DNA of 64,000 bases from Brevundimonas sp. (lineage in GTDB: Bacteria; Pseudomonadota; Alphaproteobacteria; Caulobacterales; Caulobacteraceae): assembly GCF_047617075.1 (NCBI RefSeq), contig NZ_JBLGCI010000015.1, forward strand, positions 882-64,881, given 5' to 3'. The notes beneath the pieces are model-generated. The model was not told where the DNA came from and made no database searches. It saw only the letters and a list, made by a program, of their open reading frames with translations. This document shows, piece by piece, positions 42,119 to 51,211 of the stretch (positions are counted from its first letter, which is position 1; every line of letters begins with the position of its first letter). The translations under genes and the position numbers were made by a program.

Positions 42119-44056
42119 CTAGATTTCGGCCTCCGACCGGCTCTTGTGATCCGCCCACCAGAAACCGACGATGACGGCCGCCAGCGCCAGCAGCTGGGCG
42201 GTCACGCCTTCCCAAGTCGGGAAGACGCCGAGGATTTCGATACGCGGCAGGGCGGTCAGGGGATGGACGTCCATGACGCCCGCCTCCTGAAGGCCGGCCA
42301 CGCCCTTGCCCGCGAGGACTACCGCCAGCGCCGCGATCAGCAGGGCGCTGTAGGCGAAGAACTGCGAGATCGGCAGCCGCTTGCTGAACATCAGCAGGCC
42401 CCAGGCGATCGCGGCGAGGCAGACGATCGCCAGCGCAGCGCCGCCGAGCAGGGCGCCTTGGGTCCCCTGGCTCCATAGCGCGGCATAGAAGAGGATGGTC
42501 TCGAACACCTCGCGGTAGACCACGATGAAGGCCAGCAGGAACAGGAACCAGGCCGAACGCTTCGAAAGCGCCGTCGACAGCTTGTCGCGGATATAGGCCT
42601 GCCAGGCGCCGGCCTGGGCCTTGCCGTGCATCCAGACCCCCACGGACAGAAGCACGACGGCGGAGACCAGCGAACCGACGCCTTCGGTGAGCTCGCGACT
42701 GGCCCCGCTGATGGCGATCAGCCAGGTCGCCGCGGCCCAGGTGGCGCCCCCCGCGACAAGGGCGGCGACCCAGCCGCCATGCACATAGGGAAGCACGTCC
42801 GTGCGCTCGGCCTTGCGCAGGAAGGCGATCATCGCGATCACGATGAGCAGAGCCTCCAGCCCCTCGCGCAGCAGGATGGTGAAGGCGCCGAGGAACGTCG
42901 ACAGGGCCGAGGCCTGGGACGGCGCGAGCGCCCGGCCGGCCTCGTCGAACAGCCCGCTCAGCGCCGTGACTTGTCCGGCTACTTCGTCCGCAGGAGCCCC
43001 GCGGTTGAGGCTGGCGCGAAGCTCGCCCATCGCAGCCTCGATCCGGGCCATCAGCTTGCCGTCCCGGGCCCGCAGCAGCGGCTCCACGGGCTCGAAGCCG
43101 TCGAGATAGGCCGAAAGGGCCAATTCCTAGGCCTTGCGCGCGTCGCCGGCGCGATAGGCGGCCAAGCTCTCGGCGAGCTTGCGGCGCGCCAGATCGAGCC
43201 CGTCCGTGCTCCCGACCGCAAGGGCTTCCGGATGGCTGCGCAGATAGGCGACCACCTCGTTGGACCGCGGCTCCCCGAGACGGGCCGCCAGCGCCGCCGG
43301 CGTAACCTGGGTCAGGGCTTCGAGGTCCGGCACGGCGGCGCGCAGATCGGGGTCGTCGCGCCAGGCGCGCTCTCCGGCGCGGCTGGCTCCCTCGGGATAG
43401 GCGAAGCCGCCGACGTAGAAGGCGAGCGCCCACCGGTCCTCGGCCGAGAGATGGGCGAAGCTTGGCATGGCGGTGCCGTCCAGACCCTGGCCGATCACCT
43501 GATACAGGCCGAACAGGCTGCGTTCACGGGCGCGGTCCCGATCGGTGAAGGCGATCGGCGCCGGCTCGAGTCCGGCCGCCCCGGGGCCATCGCCGCGGCC
43601 GGTCGCGCCATGGCAGACGGCGCACTGCTCGGCGTAGAGCGCCGCGCCGCGCGGCAGGTTCGGAATGGTCTGCGGCGCCAGCGGCGTTGGATAGGCGGCG
43701 AGCAGGTCATCAGCGAGGCTCCGCGCCTGTCGTGCGACCGCCTCCGGCGCCGCCCGCGTCTCGACCGCCGAGATCAGGGCGGATGATGCGGCCAGGAGCC
43801 GGGGCCGGGCCTCGTGCGCCGGAAGCGCGGCGATGCGGGTCCGCACCGAAGTCGAGAACTCGCGCATCTCGGCATACTCCGCCTCGCTGATCACCCGGCC
43901 GCCTGAGACGGCGCCCGGATAGTCGACGGCGATGTAGTCCAGCAGCCGCCAAGCGGTTTCCGCCCCGGGGGTCGCCTCCTGGGCGGCGGCGCGCTGGGGT
44001 ATCGCGACGCCCAGCAGAAGGGCGAAGACGAGGAAGAGGCGAAGCGTCGCCGGCAT
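42119..44056 (-). pseudogene. Cytochrome c / FTR1 permease (PbrT-like) with in-frame TAG at codon 310
   Basis: LLDYIAVDY, heme motif CAVCH, ...ARKA*ELALSAYLDGFEPVE (TAG 43129-43127), REGLE and REVFE FTR1 motifs. Confidence 0.85.
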
Positions 44057-44102
44057 GGTGGCATCCTGTTCGTGAGATTGGGTCTCACTAGCAGCATGCA
44101 TG

Positions 44103-44123
44103 CTCAAGCCGCTAGAGGATCAA
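44103..44123 (-). promoter_or_regulatory. MerR-type promoter/operator 3
   Basis: Minus strand TTGATC-CTCTAG-CGG-CTTGAG, one mismatch to operator 1. Confidence 0.85.
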
Positions 44124-44226
44124 GGGACGCCGGCCTCGACCGGGTTCGACTGCTCCCGCTGCGACTGACCGGCGCGAGGCGGTCGAGGAGGTGTTCGCCT
44201 ATGACGACCAGGCGCCAAGCGCTACG

Positions 44227-45144
44227 TCATGACGGCCAGACGGCGCGCAGGCCTTCCACCAGACGATCGCGCCGGTCGGGCGCGAGCTGGTCCAGGTTTC
44301 GCTGCTTCCAGCGCACGGCCGGCAGGTCGGCGACGCCGGGCAGGCCGATGAGATCCCAGTCCGGTTCGCCGCTCTTGAAACCAATCAGGAAGGCCCGGTG
44401 CTCGGCCGGCATCTCATCGACGATGACCGCGATCATCGCTTCTCGCGCGGCGATCAAGTCGTCGAGGCTGACCGGTTCTTGCGTCATGCCGACGAAGCCT
44501 CGCCGAAACTCCTCGGCGATGTCCTTGCGGCGCGGACGCAGCACTTCAGCCATCGGGCGAGGGTGGCTGATCAGATAGGCGATGAAGGCCTGGCGCAGTT
44601 GATCGTCCACGCCTTCATTGGCCAGCAGGTCGCGCACGTCGAACAGATCGCGCGGATGCTGGCGGTCCAGGGCGGCGGCGATCTTGCCCGCGTAGAGGTC
44701 GGGCAGGGACACCATCCGGGCCTCGGCGAAGCCGAAGCGGTCTTCGACGGCCGGCGCGACGGGCCGCAGTTCAGGCGCGAACACCGTGCCGCGCAAGACG
44801 GGCGTGACCTCGATCTTGATCTGGACCCCGTCGGCGGCGACGAGAAGTTTGTCGATCGTGCCTTCGGGCCGCGCCTGGCCAGGCGTCACCATCACTCCGG
44901 GCAGCCTGGCGGCCATGGCGGCCGCGATCCGCCTCAGGCCGGCGTCGATGGCGGCCAAGGACTCCGCCCGTTCGCGGACGGGCAGATAGGTCAGATCGAT
45001 GTCGACCGAAAGGCGCGGCAGGTCGCGGACGAACAGATTGATCGCGGTGCCGCCCTTCAGGGCGAATTCGGTCTCGGCCAGCACGAACGGCAGGGCGCGG
45101 ATCAACAGCCGGACCTGGCGTTCGTAGAGATCACCGAACGGCAT
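44227..45144 (-). CDS. abiEii: AbiEii-family nucleotidyltransferase toxin (type IV TA)
   Basis: FALKGGTAINLF, RLSVDIDL, LYAGKIAAALDRQHPRDLFD. Confidence 0.9.
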   Translation of the reverse strand: MPFGDLYERQVRLLIRALPFVLAETEFALKGGTAINLFVRDLPRLSVDIDLTYLPVRERAESLAAIDAGLRRIAAAMAARLPGVMVTPGQARPEGTIDKLLVAADGVQIKIEVTPVLRGTVFAPELRPVAPAVEDRFGFAEARMVSLPDLYAGKIAAALDRQHPRDLFDVRDLLANEGVDDQLRQAFIAYLISHPRPMAEVLRPRRKDIAEEFRRGFVGMTQEPVSLDDLIAAREAMIAVIVDEMPAEHRAFLIGFKSGEPDWDLIGLPGVADLPAVRWKQRNLDQLAPDRRDRLVEGLRAVWPS

Positions 45145-45955
45145 TGAAGTCCTCCGGCACGGTGATGCGGTAGGTCGGGTCAAGGCGGCCGCCCTTGGCC
45201 AGCATGCGGTTGCCGCTGCCGAGGTCGATCGAGGTTCGATCCAAGCGCTTCAGCCAACCGTGGCCGTGACGGTCGGCGAAGAAGAAGAACAGCCGTTTGA
45301 CCTTGATGCTCCGGCAGTCGTCGAGGAGCAGTTGCAAACGGCGCGGGCTGAGATTGGCCAGGCCCTCCACCAAGGCGTCGACCTGGTCGAACGTCTCGCG
45401 ATCGGGGAGTTCGTCGAGCAGTTCGAGAAGGGCCCGTTCGGGCGTCGAGACGAGCATCGGCCATTTCCAGTGACCTATGGGCATCTCGGCCACGCCCGCC
45501 TGGCCCCAGGCGAAGGGATCGGCGGGCCCGGAAGGCTCCTGGCCGCGGAGCCCGAACCAGGCGGCGTGGCCGAACAGCCTGGCCGGATTGTGATAAAGGA
45601 AGGCGACGCCGAGCTTGAGGTCGTTCAGCCAGGTCGGCGGCCGGGTCAGGCCGTACAGATGAACCTCCTGGACCTCGCGGCTCAGGTAGTGGCCGAACCC
45701 CTGGAGTTCGAGGGCGGTGCGGCCCCCCACCACCAGCTGGTAGTCGAGCAGCGTCTGCAGCGACAGCACGACCAGCTGCCAGTCCAGCGTGCCGCGCGGG
45801 CGGCGATAGACGCGGCGCGCGGGTTGTTCGAGCCAGCCGGCGGCGACGTATTTGGCGCGGAGCGAATTATAGTAGCCGTGTTCGTTGAGCCAGGTGGAGT
45901 CCACCACCAGCCCCTCCGGCAACAGCCGCTCCAGCTTGTTTAGCTTTCCTAGCAT
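45131..45955 (-). CDS. abiEi: AbiEi-family antitoxin / transcriptional regulator
   Basis: KLNKLERLLPEG N-terminal wHTH, GGRTALELQG, STPERALLELL, KVKRLFFF; overlaps the toxin start. Confidence 0.88.
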   Translation of the reverse strand: MLGKLNKLERLLPEGLVVDSTWLNEHGYYNSLRAKYVAAGWLEQPARRVYRRPRGTLDWQLVVLSLQTLLDYQLVVGGRTALELQGFGHYLSREVQEVHLYGLTRPPTWLNDLKLGVAFLYHNPARLFGHAAWFGLRGQEPSGPADPFAWGQAGVAEMPIGHWKWPMLVSTPERALLELLDELPDRETFDQVDALVEGLANLSPRRLQLLLDDCRSIKVKRLFFFFADRHGHGWLKRLDRTSIDLGSGNRMLAKGGRLDPTYRITVPEDFNAVR

Positions 45956-46039
45956 TTGAGCACTTATGGTGCTCAAAGTGGAGAAATGTCAAATATGAGG
46001 TTTTACAGAGCCGCCGTTTGAGCACTGTGAGTGATCAAA
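45955..46039. promoter_or_regulatory. Two 9-5-9 inverted repeats (AbiEi operators) and a sigma70-like promoter
   Basis: TTTGAGCAC-TTATG-GTGCTCAAA (45955-45977) and TTTGAGCAC-TGTGA-GTGATCAAA (46017-46039); minus-strand TTGACA at 45992-45987. Confidence 0.85.
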
Positions 46040-46061
46040 CTTGCATGCCGCCAAACCAAAC

Positions 46062-47177
46062 CTACACGGGTCTGAGGCGGACCACCTTCGGATCGTCGAT
46101 CGACGGCGCAGGCTCCGGGAAGCTGGAGCCGGTGATCAATTCGAGCATGGCGGGGGCCAGACCGATCTCGCGCCCGATCCCCCCGGCGCCCCCGACCACT
46201 GCATCCTCCAGCGCCGAAAGCGCCGACGGCAGCAGCTCAGGCTGTTCGACCGGCAAGGCGCCGTCCGCGTCATAGGTCTCGACCTTGGCCTGTCCTGTCT
46301 TCACCAGATGAATGTTGGCGGTGCGGTACTGGGCCGGGGTCAACAAACCCAGGTCATAGCCCCGCCGAACCAGCGCGCGGACGGACATCTTCCACCTGAG
46401 TTTGAGCTCGAAAAGTGCGCGCCAATTGATCGCACGGCCCCGTGGAAATTCCCGCAGGACAGCCCCACGCGGAAACAGGAACGCGCTCGCGAAACGGTGG
46501 GCCTGGTCTTCGGTCGCGCGGTCTCCCGTCTGCATGCCACGATGCATGATCAGATGGCCGCACTCGTGGGCGAAGTCGAACCGTTGCCGACACAGGCTCT
46601 CCTTGAGAGAGCTGCGGACGATGATCGGCCTGCGCCGATCCATCGAGAAGGCGTCGACCCGATCCGACAGGTCGCCGAAATAGGTGACGACGGCGCCGGC
46701 GTTCTCGACCACTCGCATCATGCTGGTGATCGGACCCGTCGTTCCGAGCCCCCAATATCGCCGGGCCTCTTCGGCCGCCTGTTCGATCTCCTCGGCCGTG
46801 GCCGCCGGCAGATCGGGGAAGGACACGGCCGGCAATTCCAGGTGGACTTCGATGGCCGCGACGAATTTGTCGAGCAGCGTGCCCCGGGCCAGGACCTGGC
46901 TGGTGATCGAGGCCGGCCGGGTGATGTGCCCGCGGAAATGGCACTGTTCCGGCCGCACCGTCGAGGGGATCGGTTGCGCCAGAAACGCCGGCGTGACGCC
47001 CAGCACATCGGCCAGGGCGTCCACCACTTCGTCCGATGGCGACCGGGAGCCGGTCTCGAGTTGGTGGATGAACTGGCGGGTCGCCCCGATCAGCTCGCCG
47101 ACCTCCTCAAGCGAATAGCCATGCGCCAGCCGGGCGAGCCGGAGTTGCTCGCCCGCGATTTTCGAGTTGGTTTCCAT
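46062..47177 (-). CDS. XRE HTH + ImmA/IrrE (M78) Zn-peptidase, RmrA-like antitoxin
   Basis: QLRLARLAHGYSLEEVGE..IHQLETG HTH; RFDFAHECGH (HExxH); EDQAHRFASAFL. Confidence 0.88.
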   Translation of the reverse strand: METNSKIAGEQLRLARLAHGYSLEEVGELIGATRQFIHQLETGSRSPSDEVVDALADVLGVTPAFLAQPIPSTVRPEQCHFRGHITRPASITSQVLARGTLLDKFVAAIEVHLELPAVSFPDLPAATAEEIEQAAEEARRYWGLGTTGPITSMMRVVENAGAVVTYFGDLSDRVDAFSMDRRRPIIVRSSLKESLCRQRFDFAHECGHLIMHRGMQTGDRATEDQAHRFASAFLFPRGAVLREFPRGRAINWRALFELKLRWKMSVRALVRRGYDLGLLTPAQYRTANIHLVKTGQAKVETYDADGALPVEQPELLPSALSALEDAVVGGAGGIGREIGLAPAMLELITGSSFPEPAPSIDDPKVVRLRPV

Positions 47178-47229
47178 GACTGGCCGGTCTAGCGACCGCC
47201 CCCCACCCACATCCGTGCGGAACGGCCGA

Positions 47230-47823
47230 TCATTTGGTCGTCCCGTCTTTCCGCTTCCTTGCCGCGATTCCGACGGCAGGGGCAGGCAGGTCGACGCCGT
47301 CGCTGCCAGCAACCCAGAGCGGCGACACCTTGGTCACCGGTTCGTCCAGCGGCACCTGCCAGGTCAGCACCGGCGTATCGCCCGCCAGCACGACGAAGGT
47401 CACGGCCGTGATCGCGCCGTCCAGATCAGTCTCGATCGCGAAACGGTACAGGGGCTCGGAGGTCAGTTTGACCAGTTCGTCGGCGCCGAAAAGGCTCAGC
47501 TGCTGAAGTTCCGAGAAGGTCTGCTTCAGGGTCCGCGCGTTCGGATCGTCCGGCTCGCCGCGATAGAAGCGGATCGGCACGCCGCCCACGCTGAACACGA
47601 ACTGCATCGTCGGATTCAGGATCTCCAGCCAGTCGACGTCGGGCGCCGTCGCTTCGATCTGGTGCTTCTGGAAGGCGAAGGCCTCGCAGCCGAGGGTCCA
47701 TCCCGTGCAGCCCGCGCTCGCGTCGAAGCGATCCAGGGCGTCGTTGCGGCCGCGCTCGATCAGTTTCCCGATCGTGATCAGACGATCGCGGGTGAGGGCG
47801 GTGTGATGTTCCCAAGGGGTCAT
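47230..47823 (-). CDS. Hypothetical protein, putative RosmerTA-type toxin
   Basis: 197 aa, directly upstream of and co-oriented with the HTH-peptidase; basic C-terminal tail. Confidence 0.6.
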   Translation of the reverse strand: MTPWEHHTALTRDRLITIGKLIERGRNDALDRFDASAGCTGWTLGCEAFAFQKHQIEATAPDVDWLEILNPTMQFVFSVGGVPIRFYRGEPDDPNARTLKQTFSELQQLSLFGADELVKLTSEPLYRFAIETDLDGAITAVTFVVLAGDTPVLTWQVPLDEPVTKVSPLWVAGSDGVDLPAPAVGIAARKRKDGTTK

Positions 47824-47945
47824 GCGGAGCTCCAAGCCTGCCAAACCATAATGGGCAAACTCGATAATTCGTCAACTAACTCGGAGAAAGTAAGCTGGGG
47901 ACGATTTTGTAAACAAGGAAGCGCTAAGGGCTCCGCCCTCGCGCA

Positions 47946-48151
47946 GGCCAGGGTGAAGCGGCTCCGCCGCCGGACCGGCCGGTCTCCCCGACCTTCCGCG
48001 CCGGCGATGATCGTCATCATCGTCATGACCGTCAGGCTTGTGCAGGCCGGGCGATCCCCCTCCGGCCGGTCCGCCCTGGCCTTTGCTACCCCGCTCTCGC
48101 CGAGGGGCATGGGTTGCAGGCGCGCAGTTCGCGTGCCTGCAACCCATGCCC
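47946..48151 (+). other. Multi-stem inverted-repeat region ahead of the ParB-family gene
   Basis: 47946-47953/48074-48081, 47971-47982/48062-48073, 48005-48022 and a 21-bp stem 48105-48151 abutting the AAGGAGG RBS. Confidence 0.7.
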
Positions 48152-48164
48152 AAAGGAGGCAGAC

Positions 48165-50183
48165 ATGACGACCCAATCCACCCAAACCGCCGCGACCGAG
48201 CCGCAACACGGCGCCGAGATCATCGTGCCGCTCAACCGGCTCAAGGCGTCGGACAAGAACGCCCGCAAGACCCCGCACAGCCCGGCCACCATCGAGGCCT
48301 TCGCCGCTTCCATCAAGGCCAAGGGGGTGTTGCAGCCGCCCGTGGTCGAGATCGAGCGGAACGGCGAGGGCGCCCCGACCGGCGCCTACCTCGTCACCAT
48401 CGGCGAGGGGCGTCGGCTGGGGCTGCGGCTGCTGGCCAAGCGCAAGGCGATCAAGCGGACCTATCCGGTGCGCTGCATCGTGGACGCCGAGAACGACGCC
48501 CACGAGATCAGCCTCGACGAGAACGTCACCCGCGCTGACATGCATCCCGCCGACCAGTTCGAGGCGTTCAAGCGGCTGGCCGAGGAAAGGGGCTACGGCG
48601 CCGAGGAGATCGGCGCCCGGTTCGGGGTGTCGGCCCATGTGGTGCGTCAAAGGCTGCGGCTGGGCGCGGTGGCCCCGGCCTTGATGCAGACCTACCGCGA
48701 GGGCGGGCTGACCTTGGAACAGTTGATGGCGTTCGCCGTCAGCGAGGACCACGACCGGCAGGAGCAGGTGTTGGGCATGATCGGGCCGCATACGCCCGCC
48801 TACGCCATTCGCCGCGTCATGACCGAAACCAAGGTCCGGGCCGACGACCCCCGCGCCCGTTTCGTCGGCGTCGAGGCCTACGCCGAGGCGGGCGGGGCGG
48901 TGCTGCGCGACCTGTTCACCGAGGACGGCGGCGGCTGGCTGGAGGACGCGTCCCTGCTGGACCGGCTGGTCATCGGCAAGCTGGATGGGCTGGCCGAGGA
49001 GGTCCGCGAGCGCGAGGGCTGGAAATGGGCCGAGGCCTATCCGGATTTCCCGCACGGCCTCGGCCTGGGCCGGGTCTATCCCGAAAAAGTCGAGCGGTCC
49101 CCCGAGGACGAGGCGGCGATGACGGCCTTGGCCGAGGAGTATGACCGCCTCATCAGCGACAACGATTCCGCCGAGGTGCTGCCGCCCGAAGTGGACGCCC
49201 GGCTGGAGGAGATCGACGCGGCCTTGCAGGCCTTCGGCGACGACCATGCCTACCGGCCCGACGATCTGGCCCGCTCCGGCGTGATCGTCACGCTGAGCCA
49301 TGACGGCGTGGCCCGGTTCGAGCGCGGGCTGGTCCGGCTGGAGGACGCCCTGCCGGAGCCGGAGGACGAGGCCCCGGAGCAGGGCCGCGAAGACGCCGGT
49401 GACGCGGAGGCCACGGCCCCCGCGACCAGCGGGGTCGCCAGCGGCGCGGCGGAGGCGGACGAGGGCTTGGCGCCCCTGTCCGAGAAGCTGGTGCTGGACC
49501 TGACGGCCCACCGCACGGCGGACTTGAGGGACGCCTTGGCGGCGGATGCGAGCATGGCCCTGACCGTGGTGGTTCACGCCTTCGCCTTGCAGGTCTTCTA
49601 TCCGCCCTACGACCAGCCGACGGTCCTTCAGTTGCGGTTGAGCCTGACCGGGCTGGAGCGGTTCGCGCCGGGCGTCTGCGAAGGCCCAGCCGGACGGCGC
49701 ATCGCCGACCGGAGCGAGGCTTGGGCCACGCGTCTGCCGAACGAGGCGCGCGACCTGTGGGCGGTGCTGGTCGATATGTCCGGTTCGGACCTGTTGGACC
49801 TCCTGGCCCATTGCGCCTCGCTGGGGGTCAACGCCGTGCGCGACCCGCACGACCGGCGCCCCGGCGCCTGGGCCCAGGCCGAGACGCTGGCGACCGCTTT
49901 GGGTCTGGACATGACCGGGACGTGGACGGCGACCGCCGCCTCCTACTTCGGTCGGGTGTCCAAGGCGCGGGTAATGGAGGCGGTGGAGGAAGGCGTTTCC
50001 AAGACCGACGCCGACCGTCTCGCCGGAATGAAGAAGGCCGACATGGCCGAGGCGGCGGAAACGCTGATCGCGGGCAAGGGCTGGTTGCCGCCGCTGCTTC
50101 GCACGGCGCCGCCGCAAGTCGCGGACGCCGGAGAAGAGGCCGCATCTCCGAACGAGGACGCCTATCCGTTCGCGGCGGAATAG
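48165..50183 (+). CDS. ParB/RepB/Spo0J-family protein, long ICE/plasmid type
   Basis: GVLQPPVV, IGEGRRLG, SLDENVTRADMHPADQFEAF, HTH EEIGARFG, C-terminal KKADMAEAAE..GWLP. Confidence 0.88.
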   Translation: MTTQSTQTAATEPQHGAEIIVPLNRLKASDKNARKTPHSPATIEAFAASIKAKGVLQPPVVEIERNGEGAPTGAYLVTIGEGRRLGLRLLAKRKAIKRTYPVRCIVDAENDAHEISLDENVTRADMHPADQFEAFKRLAEERGYGAEEIGARFGVSAHVVRQRLRLGAVAPALMQTYREGGLTLEQLMAFAVSEDHDRQEQVLGMIGPHTPAYAIRRVMTETKVRADDPRARFVGVEAYAEAGGAVLRDLFTEDGGGWLEDASLLDRLVIGKLDGLAEEVREREGWKWAEAYPDFPHGLGLGRVYPEKVERSPEDEAAMTALAEEYDRLISDNDSAEVLPPEVDARLEEIDAALQAFGDDHAYRPDDLARSGVIVTLSHDGVARFERGLVRLEDALPEPEDEAPEQGREDAGDAEATAPATSGVASGAAEADEGLAPLSEKLVLDLTAHRTADLRDALAADASMALTVVVHAFALQVFYPPYDQPTVLQLRLSLTGLERFAPGVCEGPAGRRIADRSEAWATRLPNEARDLWAVLVDMSGSDLLDLLAHCASLGVNAVRDPHDRRPGAWAQAETLATALGLDMTGTWTATAASYFGRVSKARVMEAVEEGVSKTDADRLAGMKKADMAEAAETLIAGKGWLPPLLRTAPPQVADAGEEAASPNEDAYPFAAE

Positions 50184-50192
50184 GCCCTAGCG

Positions 50193-50216
50193 TCGGGGCC
50201 GCTTCGGCGGCCCCGA
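50193..50216 (+). terminator. Terminator-like hairpin
   Basis: TCGGGGCCGC-TTCG-GCGGCCCCGA, 10 nt after the ParB stop; weak U-tract. Confidence 0.65.
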
Positions 50217-50562
50217 TTGCCCGACAGAGCTTGGCCCGGCGCTCGCGACGCTGACGCGTCGCTCGCGGAATCATCTCAGAGCGCCGCCCGGAAACGGGCG
50301 GCGTCTTCGCGCCATAGACCCACATCACAGATCAGAAGGGTTCGTTGGACTCGCTCGAAATGCTGGTCGAACTTCGCCTCCAACCGATCCACAAGTCGGG
50401 CGATCGTCTCGGTCATCCCGGTGCGATCGCAGTAATCGCAGGCGGCATTCTCACCACTGCTTCGCCAGTCCCGAGCCTAGCGACGGCGCTTTCGAGGCTT
50501 CACAGTTCGGAACATCGTCGCGGCTCTGGGGTTGCTCTTCGATCACCCCAAGGAGCCCTCCG

Positions 50563-50976
50563 ATGCAAATCCAGCCCATGATCAGGACCCATCCCGACGT
50601 GCGCGGCGGCGTCAACGACAGTCTCGTTCGCGCGATCGAGGCGGCTTACGGCTGCGCCGCCGTGTGCCACATCTGCGCCGACGCCTGCCTCGCCGAGGAG
50701 ATGGTCAAGGATCTCACCCAGTGCATCCGCCTAAATCTCGACTGCGCCGATGTCTGCCTGGCCACAGCCGGCATCGCTGCGCGTCGCACCGGCAGCAACG
50801 AAGCCCTGATCAAACGCATGCTCGAAACCTGCGCCGAGGCCTGCGCCGATTGCGCCGTCGAATGCGAGAAGCACGCCGACATGCATGAACACTGCCGTAT
50901 CTGCGCCGAGGAATGTCGGCGTTGCGAGCAGGCCTGCCGCGATGCCGCCGCAACGATCAGCCCGTCACAACACTGA
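50563..50976 (+). CDS. Four-helix-bundle copper-binding protein (DUF326/Csp3-like), copy 1
   Basis: 16 Cys in CxxxC/CxxC spacing, CIRLNLDCADVC, HEHCRICAEECRRC; GGAG RBS. Confidence 0.88.
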   Translation: MQIQPMIRTHPDVRGGVNDSLVRAIEAAYGCAAVCHICADACLAEEMVKDLTQCIRLNLDCADVCLATAGIAARRTGSNEALIKRMLETCAEACADCAVECEKHADMHEHCRICAEECRRCEQACRDAAATISPSQH

Positions 50977-51211
50977 GAACGACCGCAGTCCAACCGCTTG
51001 GCTTCCCGAATAAGCTGGAACCCGGATCATGATGCCCATGCTACTGCTCCTCGCGACCGTGTCTGACAGTCCGCCCTGCGGAGAACTATGAATCAGCATC
51101 TCTGACCGCGTGAATCGCCAGATGTAGATCGGACCTGGTCCTAGCGGCGAGCGCTCAAGGATCGCCGACCATGCAGATCATAAGCCAAGCCGATCGTATC
51201 CGCGTAGCCGT

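Noticed and set aside
41322-43433. 703-aa ORF as a large methyltransferase fusion
   Set aside because: The upstream ~470 aa are an off-frame shadow of the FTR1 gene; the real start is ATG 42029 with its own RBS and operator.
50280-50520. Minus-strand ACDYCDRTG...FDQHFER fragment as a gene
   Set aside because: No clear start or RBS and interrupted upstream; could be a remnant but I cannot assign it, so it was not counted among the amber pseudogenes.
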